NCBI GenBank assembly: GCA_965644295.1 | Contig: CBFFRP010000015.1 | Location: forward strand, 55,926 to 119,925 | Direction of reading: 5' to 3' | Source: Paraphysomonas bandaiensis | Lineage: Eukaryota > Protista > Chrysophyceae | Length of the DNA: 64,000 nucleotides | Shown: one piece after another, positions 38,180 through 50,500 of the stretch | Numbering within the stretch: the first letter of the stretch is position 1 | Layout: each line of letters begins with the position of its first letter | The notes under the pieces: model-generated | Told to the model about the DNA's origin: nothing | Seen by the model: only the letters and a program-made list of their open reading frames with translations | Databases searched by the model: none | Position numbers and translations under genes: made by a program

Positions 38180-39856
38180 ATGCTTCATAAGTCTCCAACC
38201 CCTCCTCCATTATCAACAGGAGCACTACGAAGACAGCTCGGATTCTTAGATGGTGTGTGTGTGATAGTTAGTATTATGATAGGTAGCGGTATATTTGCCA
38301 GTCCAGGAGTGGCTCTAGAGCGGTCTGGATCACCAGGAGCCTCTCTCATTGCCTGGTGTGTGGCAGGTATATACCCATATGGTTCATGTATCTATCTGAT
38401 GGGTCTATAGGTGGGGTAGTGGTGATAGCTGCATTGTGTTATGCGGAGTTAGGAGCGATGATGCCTACTGCTGGAGGGGACTATGAATACCTCAAGAGAG
38501 CATATGGGGAGTGGGCATCTTTTTCATTTGGTTGGTATTTCTTTTGGATTGCTAAACCGGGATCCCAAGCTATCATAGCGACAGTATTTGGAAATTATAT
38601 TGTGCGCGTGTTTACCGGTCTTGATGGGGATAATGCTAGTGCATGGGCCAGCAAAGTAGCCTCCGTTGGCCTCATACTAGCACTTACTGGACTAAACTGC
38701 ATGGGAGTACGGGAGTCGTCTTGGGCGATCAATGCGCTCACAGTTTGTAAGATCGCTCTTATTTTGTGCGTTTTCGTGGCCGGCATGGTTTACCTTGGCT
38801 CTGACACCTCAACTCTCAAGTACTGTTTCATTGTATTGCTTCAGTTTGGATACGTAGAAAGTATTGACATGTGACTTTTACTGCTATGGTTGAATATGTA
38901 TACATATATACGCACTATGCATGTAGACTACTAGTTTATATTAGTGTTGATAATTGACGGCCAACCTTTGTCTGATTGATGGTTTATGATGTAGGGATAA
39001 CCTGTATCCATCTGAAGCCTTTACTGGAACCCATCCTGTAGGATTAGGTACTGCCATAGTAGCATGTCTCTGGGCGTATGATGGATGGGCAGACCTCAGT
39101 TTCCTCGCGGAGGAGTTGAGAGATTTCGAAAAGCGTCTCCCTCTTGCTATCATTACGGGTGTGGCGGGCGTGGCGTGCTGCTACGTGATGGCAAACATTG
39201 CCTATTTGAGCGTTCTGAGTAAGGATGATATCAAGGACTCGGATGCAGTGGCTATAGACCTTGGAAGGGATGTCGCAGGAGGGGGATTGGCAGCTGTGTT
39301 TGCTGCAGGAGTGGCTCTCTCTGCTGCAGGTGCGGCCAATGGTTCTATTCTCACTGGAGGCAGAGCTTTTTATGCAATTGCAAGGGCGGGGCAAGCACCA
39401 GGCTGGCTCTCACGACTTAATAGTGCGGGTGCCCCATGGACCTCCCTCCTTGCTCAGGCGTCTTGGGCCATCACTTTACTACTGTTGCCTGGGTCATCCT
39501 ATAGCACACTACTAGACTATGCAGGGCCAGCTGAGTGGCTCTTTTATGCGTTCACAGGGAGTGCTGTAATCGTCCTACGAAATAGGGAACCAGATTGTCC
39601 GAGGCCTTACAGGGTTCCCATGTATCCTCTTCCTCCTATATTGTTGGTTTTAACAGCAGCTTGTCTCGTGGGCAATAGCCTTTATCAGGCACCGTTATTT
39701 TGTTTCCTAGCCCTCTCGTTCATAGCACTCTCGCTACCGGCCAAGTGGGTTAGTGATTGGTGTGGACGTTGTCACAAACGAACTGAAGTGACTGACACTG
39801 AGACAGGAGCTTCTGAACCACTGCTAGTAAATGATACCAACAGTGATGTGTCATAG
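38180..39856 (+). CDS. APC-superfamily amino acid permease (LAT/SLC7-like, 3 exons)
   Basis: MIGSGIFASPG, ALCYAELGAMMPTAGGDYEYL, WAYDGWADL..AEEL and LRNREPDCPRPYRVP; multiple hydrophobic segments. Confidence 0.93.
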
Positions 39857-40549
39857 AAATTAGTATGTACCGCTGTTGCTTTATTATATATGAATGTGTA
39901 GGATACATATGATGACTGTATGACTATTTATGTTGTTGTTCTACGCAATATTAGGTTCTTAGTTATGTTGTTAGTAGTGGCAGTTACTGTGAACTATATC
40001 TATTTATGCAGTGATGTGAAGACAAAATGAATGCTGCGTGAGCGTGTTCTTTTATTCTCATTCACTGAAAGTTGCTTCTTCAAGCAATCCTTAAATTTCT
40101 AAATTAAGCAATCACCATATTTCATATACCACACTGAGGGCGTTACACGAAGAGTAACGAATGGTAGAGGAAGAGAGGGGAACTTCAGGCGTACGTTGAT
40201 TCGTCGCTATTATCTAATAATACAGGGCATTTCACTATACCCACGTAATACAGCATTTAAGCACTTCCTTAGGCACAAACGGTAATAAACCCTAAACTAC
40301 AGCATTTAATTATATTCGACTTTCTTCTAAATGGTTGAGGTACCAGCACATAACTCATATTTATTATTCGACAGTAGCACATATCTGCATACTTAGCAGG
40401 TAAATAATAAACACGCACAGTAATGATATCAGTCTATACATGGCTACGCACTGAAACAGGCTTAAATACGATGATAAGCATAATGTCGAAAGTATCGCAT
40501 TGCCCAGTGCTCAGGGTATTAAACTATGTCTACATGGAGAAGCCAGACT

Positions 40550-42848
40550 TCACCTCCTTTGGACAACCTGGCTGATATCATACACAGGTTCATCCGTCCC
40601 GGTATTCGTATGACCCCTATGAAAGTTTAGAGTACAGTAGTCATGATACAATGATATCAACCACCTGAATTGTTGCGCTTTGTTTGCATGCGGAGACTTG
40701 AACCGTTCAGCATACACCTGGGTAATTTGTGAAGCAGTCAGCAACGCTACATAGAAGCTTACCCCTGTGAAAGACTTTTCACTTGACAATCGGTCAAATA
40801 TCCCACCGGGTTTGTTGGCTTCGCCAGCTATAGTCACACTTGGCCTACTACTGACATGTTGTTAGTCGAAATGAAACGTAACTTAGGATACGTATTTTAT
40901 ACCTCTTATTTACTTTATCATTCACTGGCGACGCTAGCTTCACGCCTCTTGCATCAGCAGGAGAGCGATCCAGCAAATTTTCCAGCTCCACAGTTGTGCG
41001 CGACGGGGAAAACGACGGAGTCTGTCCATTGTGATGTACTCCTGTCACCATTTAGTCATTGCAAATTTATATATCCTAGGTACAGTGAGCTAACCGGTGT
41101 ATGTTGACACGTCATCATGAAATCGAACTTCGCTTGGAAGGGTTGGGTTGTTCAGTGTAGGTCCTAAAGAAAATCAACACCAATCAAGTATAGAGTAACA
41201 CGCATACCCTCAGACTGAAGAGCAACAAATATGACATCTTCAACAGTTCGCCTGAGCTTCTTGGCAACCTCAGGAATAGCGACCATTCTATGCACATAAT
41301 TATTATACTAGGAGGAATCCAGAACACCACGCACACACCTGAAATCCTCATATGATATTCGTTTTCCGTAATTACCGGATTTCTTGGACTTTTGAAATAT
41401 TAAGTCTGGATATCACGTTAACACAGCCAATCAAAGAGAATTGCTTTAGCTATGTATGCTTATGCCCACCTGCGTCTGTAGTCGTCAGTAGACCAGGCCC
41501 TCCAAGCAGCTGTGAATCTCTACAAAATTTCACAAATCTTTGTCGATGTTAATGCTATGTCGTTGCACTCCAGACAAAGCGCAATTACCTGAAAGAATCC
41601 ATCTCAAGTGTCTCCTATAAACAATTGGCCTTAAATCGTCACATGATTTGCCATAATATGCACACCTGATTGGAACAGAAAGTTTTATACAATTCGTAGA
41701 GTGCTTGCTCTGGGTCAGGGGTCGTCCACTAAAACAAGACAAACAATTGAACACCTAAGTCGCAGACACAAAAAGCGACAAATTGAGTACCTGAGGGGCA
41801 GGTGAATTATGTTGGGGTGCAGGGCGGGAAGGTCTTGTAGTTGGAGTACTTAACGATCCCTGACCGGTAGATTGCTGTGGTGATCGACTGGCCTTGCCTC
41901 CTGAAGCAGTAAACGGGTCCCCACCCGACACTGACGTACACACGCCATGAGTACAATGTGGTGCACAAATACAAATACACTTACAAGATGTTCGTCTGAT
42001 GCGAGACTCTAGATTTTGTAACATTGCAGATGCATCAGATTCGGTCATGCCTCCTCTTGGTGTTGGGGGAGCAGGAGGGGCAGCGCGAGAGGGTTGTGCA
42101 GCAGGTGCTGGCCGAGGCAGACCTGGTTCACCAGCATGTTGTTGGGGCTTCTGAGGGGAGGTCTTGACCTGTCTACCATGTGCCTCTTTCATTACTGGTT
42201 TCAAGCCACGTACATCAGCAGGAGAGCGATCCAGGAGTCTATCTAGAGTTTGCTTATCTTTGTCAACAACTGTAGGGCCGCCGGCTCGATGAACACCAGT
42301 ATATGTTTCTCTGTCGTCATAAAAGCGGGTCTGCTGCGCAATAGTTGTGCCGGCAAAGCTAAAAAAAATGCTAAGCTAAAATAGAGATATTCAGCTACAT
42401 TCACCTCGGGCCATCAGCAGTGGCCTACATAAGTTGTAAGTGACATTGAAAAATGATACGACATAACTACCATTTGGATATAGTCCACGAGGTCCTCGTA
42501 AGACACATTTTTCCTTGAGGCAACCATTGAGAGAGCACGCTACGAGCATTCAATAATAACAACAAAAGAGTGGTCAACGTATTCTTCATTTACCCTGAAA
42601 CCATCACAATCGATGTTTCGCAGTCCAGGTGACTTAACTTTAGTGAATATGAGATCCAAATCGGACTGTTTTAGTGAAGAGTCCAATAAATTAGCATCCT
42701 TATATACATTTTAAGAGCATGTAAATATGAACACAGAAGTTTTGTTCTTTACCTTCATTACTTTAAGGAATTTGCTGCTAGTCATTCCACTAGATGACTG
42801 ACCAACATACATATCAAATACATGAGCAACGGCTCGCTTACTTGACAT
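40550..42848 (-). CDS. Multi-repeat p25alpha/TPPP-family microtubule-binding protein (many short exons)
   Basis: MTSSKFLKVMKDANLL...DLDLIFTKVK, RFYDDRETYTGVHRAGGP...LLDRSPADVRG; second repeat ...DLIFQKSK...RFHDDVSTYTGVHHNG...LLDRSPADARG; third partial IFDRLSSEKSFTGVYAERF. Confidence 0.82.
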
Positions 42849-43393
42849 AATAGAGATGTGGCAGGGGAATGATAGGGGAAGTGATGGGTTTGAAGTAGTG
42901 ATGAGAGGTAAAGAGACTGGATGTTAATGTATTACAGTGGAGATAGAGGTGTGTCTTGATCTACATCATGCCTCCAACTGTATATGTATGGAGCCACTGG
43001 GGTACATCCACACATACAGCAGTGAGCGTATAGGTATATACTGCTGTATCTACAGTAGATATTGACGTCCTTATATATAAGTGTAGTTTAGCGATATATC
43101 CTATACAGCTTATACAACGTATACCAGTACTACGAGAAAATTCCTTCGAGAAACAGTGATATACCGCCGTATACGATAGCGGTATACTGTACCACAATAT
43201 CCAGCAGATAGCAAATCTACGAACCAGATTTCTCCACAAAACCAGGTATTTTACTATCAAATATCGACGATTTTATTCTCACACATCATCTCTCAACACA
43301 TGCTTCTATGACCTGCAGCATAGCTCATAATTATCCCCATCCAATTCTTACGGGTATAACCAGCATTCATACCTGTGTCATCACATATTCCTC

Positions 43394-45088
43394 ATGGGGT
43401 CCCTTGATGACAGTGAGAATAACATTCAGTGTGGGTTATTTTGCTATAATATAATCGAAGAAGTGTCAAATGCAGCCTTTGATGAGAAGATGAGCTCTAC
43501 AGACGCCAAACGCCAGAAACTGAAAGAGTTATGGCTTGAAAATATTAAATCTCTTGGAGGACTACCGGATATTCACTCACAAGCAGAGAGTAAAGATGTC
43601 AGTATGACCTTAAATGGTCACTATCGACTCACAGAGGAGTGCGAGCGACATGTATTGCCATACAAGCGCCCCAAACCCCCTGATCGGTACATGGCACGTC
43701 CTGTCCTTGAAGATGATGATCATAAAGTGAAACTTCATTTTAGACTTGTGGACGTGAGTTATATATATAACATTATTACCTTTTATTTTCTATTTGGTAG
43801 CGCTCCCTGCAAACTTCCGGCAATCAGGAATCGGAAATTGTTGATCGCAATACTGCGGCAAACGATTTAGAAGTTGCCACAAATTCCACGTGTGCTAAGA
43901 TAATAGCAGCTTACTGCTCTGTGCCTGTGTTGGGGGCAGCAGTGCATATCTCGACCAGTGAATGGGAGGACAAGAAAATGAGAGTAATTCAGATTTTCGG
44001 ATTGAAGGATATGTACTGGGAGTTGGATCCCCTCAAATATCACCCACAGGAAGCTTGGGACGTTGGAGTGTTGCAAGTTCCACATTATTCAAGCAGCAGC
44101 AGTCGTTCTGTCAGGGAATCCCTCCACGTGTCATTGCGGGATTGGAAAGGTACTGAACTGTCTAATGTACCTTGGCCGAAACGGTTCTATTGCAACAGTA
44201 CTAGTGGCGGAGATGATTCCGCGCAGCTTAGGCCATACGAAGCAAACATTCACTGCTACAAGCAACTATCGGATGATAAGGCAGAGATTTTACTTCACAG
44301 CTATAAGGTTATTTTAGGTAACACAACGAAGAATCCTCCTAGGGCAATGCGGGAACTTTCTTCTTCCAGTATAGAACAGGAGCAATTATCTTCCACAGTA
44401 GAGCGGGAACCAGTACCTTCTGAGGTAGAGCGGGAACAAATTATTTCTGGTGAAAGCTTAGAAGATGATGATACGTACGTTTTGGAAAACCTTGAACGTA
44501 TGCTTCTCCTCGAAGGTGAAGAGGAAGATCCAAGTGATGATGAAGCTTTAGTGCGCTTTCTGAGTAGTAGTGGTATGGAGGCGAACGATGCTGGTAATTT
44601 CATGGGGGGGACAAGTACTACGTTAGGCACACGTTTAGCATCTTCTGCATTACAAGTGCAAGAGGGTGACATCGTTTTGGACAGCATAGGAAAATTGTTG
44701 GCAACACAAATATTTGCAGCTGAAAATGAGGCAGAAGAATATCTCACTGCCCTCATACAGTCCAATCCACCGAGTGAATGGATTATTAGCCTTCGGGATA
44801 GGCCTGAAATTCTCACCGCAGAAAGCTTAGAAGAGCAGTGTGGGGAGCTTACAACCGATCTCCCTGATATTGAAAGCTTGGTCATTGGTCGATGCAAAAA
44901 GGTATGACCTGCTTTTTATCACACGAAAATTCTAGTTCGATATAACCACCTTCCAGGTATACCGCATGTTCGACTATTGGAGATTCAAGCTGCGTAACGT
45001 GTATTTTCGCGCCAATGGTTGTGACCTGATCGCAAAGGAATGCACTGTAGACCTATCTTTGCCAGACTTTTTAAAAAATTATCATTAA
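43394..45088 (+). CDS. TOA1: Divergent TFIIA large subunit (alpha/beta)-like protein (3 exons)
   Basis: N-terminal YNIIEEV...KLKELWLENI resembles the TFIIA alpha helices (YRSVIEDV...LKTLWENKL). An acidic linker follows. C-terminal ESLVIGRCKKVYRMFDYWRFKLRNVYFRANGCDLIAKECTVD resembles TFIIA beta (ENVVVCQYDKIHRSKNKWKFHLKDGIMNLNGRDYIF). Confidence 0.65.
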
Positions 45089-45237
45089 GTCAATATATTA
45101 TATAGACTCAAGTAAAAGATATCATGATAGGTGATAGAGTGTACGATATCTTGACGTTTAATTGTTGTTCAGTGATAGCGAATATATATGATATGTTAAA
45201 CTATATTTGTGAAATATTAGTTGTGTTGTACTATGTA

Positions 45238-45488
45238 ATGAATGTCTGATTATTAGCAATAGGCGTTTAAGAGTCAGAGCTAATGTAGCAAAGCAATTTA
45301 ACTAGCTAGTGCTTAACTCTGATATCCTACTATTTTGCTCTACGGAAGCTGCTTGTGCGTCACCGCAAACACCTTTCTCGCTCTGTCCTTAAGGTGAACT
45401 AGCCCTAATGGTTGACTTCAGCAGGCAGCCCAATACCCCGGATGCCTGTTTATTCGTCAAGGCCCAAAGATGTCTACTCAAATGACAC
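45238..45488 (+). repeat. Repeat family A, copy 4 (arm plus internally deleted body)
   Basis: tgaatgtctgattattagcaataggcgtttaagagtcag...tgatatcctactat...gctgcttgtgcgtcaccgca...gcagcccaataccccggatg..tgtttattcgtcaaggcccaaaga. Confidence 0.8.
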
Positions 45489-47596
45489 TAATTAGTGTAT
45501 ATATACATACATACAACCCAACAGATATTCTTGGTGTGAAATATAGAGGAGACAGTAGTTATCTTCTCCATCTTAATCATTGACTCTTGGTGGTTAAAGC
45601 AATACAATGGAGGGTTAGGAAACGTTGTCGTAGAGGAGTGTATCTCTATATCTGCACTGTATAATAATACCACAACATTCAGTATGCTGTACTGAGAGAG
45701 TATCGGTACATTCAGTACTCTGCGTAGAAATGTTTTTATGGGTAATAATTCAACTTAATGCAGAAAGGCATTAATCAACACTGAGATACTCATCCAGGAT
45801 CCAGGGTTAAACCTTCAGTATAATTCATATATATACACTCTCCGAAAGTGTGATTCGATAGAGTGCACGGGGAGATATGCACAACAGGTTTTATGTTCGC
45901 CTTTACCTGACAGCATACACAACTTTGAATAGAACTGATCACATATACTATATTTATCTAGTAGTGTTGCTATAGCTCACAGTTTACCCATTGTATGTGT
46001 AACTACTATATAGAGGGTAAGGGTACGTATATGAGTGTTTATTGTGATAGTACATGCGTAATATACAGAGTGAATTCACCCGACTGTAATACTCATTCAA
46101 TGAAGCAGAAAATCATATAGTGTAGTGTAGTGCAGCTATCGTGCACATAGTGTAGAGATGATACACACATCAATTTTTTAATCTGCAAAAATTTACACAT
46201 GCTTTACCAGATATGAGCACCCTGCTTTTATTCTACTATATTATGAACTAGTATAGTCTACACTTCACTATAGCGTAGTATATAATATCAGGTAAAGTAT
46301 CTTGTTCAACAAGTAAAAGCTATTCCTCCTCCAACTTCAGCCACTCCTCTAGCCAAACCTTCGGCGTTTTCGGTCGTTTATCTTAATGTTTTCCGGCCTC
46401 CAGAGCTTTACTTTCTATTTTAGCGTTAACAACAAGTAGTCACCTGGCATGAATCAAAGTTGCAGTTTATTTATATATGCGAGTTTGCATTGCATGATCA
46501 GAATTACATGACGTTTAGGAAAACATCGTTTCCTAAGGAAAACTCAGGGGAGGTTCAGAAAAGTAGTTAGTACGAATTTTTTTTTCTATCAACCGCCTGC
46601 AGCTAGAATAATACTCTCTATTTCTTTATTATATTATAGTTTATGTAGATATGTATATATGAGTTTCTTGTTTTGTTTGAATGCTTGTTTTGATGCTCTG
46701 TAAGCCACTAATATATTGTGTGGTGTGAGATGGTATCTTAGACAGTCACAGAATGTGTAATCAATGAATGTAAGAACGACTAGATTGAATATAGCAAAAT
46801 TGACTAGGTTATTCCACCAAAAATAGTGTGACTAGGTTTGTCAACCAAATCGACTAGAGGTTAAATAATATTTCCCATCAAGGTTTGTTTAGTGTGTTGT
46901 GAGTTACACTAATGCAAATTTTGTTAGCTGCGTATAGTACGGCTCCAGCCTTCATATATCACATCTATAAAATATTGTAGTTACATGCTGATGTGAAGGT
47001 TGTATAGTTGTATAATATATGAGCCGATGATGATATTCGACTAGTATGATATATGATATTATACTGCTGATGATTTCAAAGATAAATTCCTGAACTCAGC
47101 AGATGTGAGGTATACTGTATCAGTTGCACTATATTTTCATCACAAGTATATTTAACCAAGGGTAATAAGGAGGCTATATCGTAACCGGTGCTTCCGTTGA
47201 ACCCAATTCAGGTCTAAACAACTTTTTTAGACAAAATGGGGATACGTACATATTTCATCACAACTTTTGATTGTTTTGTTCATTGGGTTTAGTTCAACGG
47301 CACAAGCTAACAACATCAATTTCTCACAACATGTAATAATCAGTACTTGTTTTAGACACTTAGCGACATTTAGTGCATTAATTCGACTTTAAAAATCTTT
47401 TGCATATTAATAAAATCAGATCAAGTGGTATTTCAAATACAACTACAATACTCTAAATAAATTTAAAATGTAAAGGTATAGGCAATAAAAGAAAAATATA
47501 ATGCACTTAGTAATTCTAGTCTGCATGTTATCACCGAAGCAGTTACAACCCTCGTTATCGTTGGTAACGAAATGCACATCCAATGTACAAAACGTA

Positions 47597-50500
47597 TCAC
47601 AACGAAGGAGTAGTTTTCTTCTCTATGGCAACAAGAGCACGAGTAACTCTTGAGGGCTTACCATACAAAAATACGCGGTCATGTTCTCCTAAAATGGTAC
47701 TCGCCTGATCGAAAAAAATAATGAGTACAAGCCTTGGGAATGCAGTACCATACACACCGGTGGACTAATATAAACGTATGGAAGAATCGCCCGAGCTTTC
47801 GGATTGGCAGCTCTATAAATCCCAAAACATATCACCTGTACGAAAAGCAATCAAGTGTGAATAGTGAATAGTATCCTTGTACATACGTGAAAGTAAGACA
47901 TAATTCTGAAAAGGTCAGCAAACTTCCGACCCGATAATGATATTGGAACATCAGCCTGTAGCACTGTCTGGCCAGACTGACCACACACCAACTTCTCACA
48001 TATAAGCGGTGTCAATACTCCAAAAAAACTTTGAATAAGCAGCGACTCGAAGCTAGACGGAACGTAGGCTCTGGCGGAGGCGAACACAGGGAGCATATGA
48101 TGCGTGTCAGTTGCATCCCAAAATCTATTTTCTACACTTTCTGATTTGACTTTGTTCTCTTTCATTTGGACCGCCTCGATAATTGAGTGATCAATAGTGC
48201 TCACTCTCCTACCAATATTAGAGGGTAAGCGTGCCATCGATCCATGTACAGTCTGCCTTATGGTATTGCGTTTTGAGGTAAATCTGCCCAAGTGATCACC
48301 ATTTTCCGTTTTGGTGATACTTCCTCTATCGTTTTCATCCGAGCCCTTCCGGAACCCTATAGCCCCACTGCTTTGAAGACGCAGGGTGGGCCGACTGGAT
48401 ATATTAGATTTAGATCGCAATTGTCTCTTGGTAGGCCTAAAGTACTCCAGAGGATTTCGCCTTGCTCGCCGCATGATAGTGGCGTTCAACACTGCAACAG
48501 GCCCGTTACGACAAAAATGCGTACCTACAGTATAACAAACCTGCCATATTGGAGGAGCACGTCAGTTCTACAGAAAAAAAGACGTCCCGTGGAATGTACT
48601 GTTCGAGTTTTAAGTACGCAAATAGTGTGCCAGAATCTATACTCTCCTCTTCCACCTGCAAATGTCATAATTAGTTATAGTAGTTTATATCCCATATAAC
48701 AGCACCGTTGTAACCCCGTCTCTACTAGATAGCAATATGACAGCAAAAGCGTTTTCGACATTGGCTCGGTTGAACACAGCGCTTTTGGTCAGGGAACCCT
48801 GTAAAAGGTACACATCGTTGTATCGACATTTAATCGCCTCCCACTTAGATGGAATTTCCGGACTAACGATAACCAAAGGGTGATACGCTGAACCTTTGAC
48901 AGCTGGACGACGGAGTTCAGATATGAACATGGGTAAATTCGTATCATTTCCGAAAACAATAATGTGATCATTCACCTCCACGGTATCTGTGACCACTTGA
49001 GATTCCACGCCTGTACATGCATTCAGTTCGTTCAACAGATAAAGGTTAAACACACTACCAAAGTTAGCCATAATTTTTTCGATGGGATCCTCGACCTCAT
49101 CCGCCAACTGCAGACTTTCCGAAGGGGAGAGTACCTTCTCGGGCACTGAAGCTACTGGAGGTGCAGCAGATACAGGTGTATCCTTCGCTGGTTGCAATCT
49201 AGATGAATGAGTTGCATGATTTCCTGGTATAGAGAATAAAAATAGCAGAGCTGTGAGCATATATCCTCGAAACAGTATATAACTTCATACCTTTCGCATC
49301 TACAGGTGATGGGGGAGTGTCTAGTGGGGGTGGTACTGACGGGGGACCAGGAATCTCCTCGCCGTCCGAATTGAGTCTTGTCCGCGAGAGAACTGGTTCA
49401 GTAGCTCCGCGACTCAACATGTGCTTCAGCGGGGTAGAAGTTCCACCTTTTCCATTCGAGTCTACGTCAGAGGACGGCGAATTAGAGGGAACGTTCTTCG
49501 TAGGAGTGTCGATATGGGATTTTCGAGATAAGGAAGGAGACATACTGGGGGGTGGCTTTACTTTGCCGAGTTCATGAAGCTCTTTGAGTGTCTTCCGAAT
49601 CCCTTTGGTGTTATTATTCATGTTTGCGCCAACAGTCGCACCTCGCAAGAAAGGCTTCGGCTTATTGGACTTCGCCTTCGGGACACTCTCTATTTCTTTT
49701 AATATTGTGGATGGAGTAAGCATCTGAAGCATACTCTTGCGTCCATCTTCGGGTTTCTCATGGTCTTCTGGTTCGTAGATGTCCCCCTCACTTTCTTCAT
49801 CACTATCCTCTCTAATACTTGCTTGGGTTGTACGACTTCTATCAGATCGCATACTTTTGCGCCCACTGTCGGCTTCTATAATTGGTGATATAGGTTTGCG
49901 CATTCCAAGTAAACCTGTTCAATGCATGAGTACTAAACTATGTAAAATGCACGTAATGGTACCCATTGGTCTAATTCTATTCGTTGTTCCACCAACCATA
50001 CCACCCCCTGTAAAAAAAGAGAAAAGTGTTAACACTGTATCATACATCATAACATTACCCAACCGATCTGAGCCGACATCTTTCGCCCTTCTAGCCCCTC
50101 ATGAGTGTTGTGCGTTCTCGCTACATATCCCACATATTCGTCGTCATCGTCGTCAGAGTCTGACATTTGTGCAGTGTTTCGTAATGAGATCAGACTGTCA
50201 AGTCGAAAGTTACTGGCGCCCAACTGCACAAGAAAAATACATACTAAGCACCGAGCCCATACACACATATATCATACCTTGTGATTAGAAGCGTTAACAG
50301 TTTTGAAAACGATGTTATTTTTCAGGCTCTGTAAGGCTGACTTAGTAGAGTACTGCTTGCTCATTAACACTGCACTCGGTTTATGGGATGTCAATTCTCC
50401 AGGCTTGACATCACAGAAAGAGGATGGGAAGGAGTCTTCTTCGTCATTTATTTTGCTTAACATACTAACAACACAATTAGCATCAGCTAGACCTCTGGCT

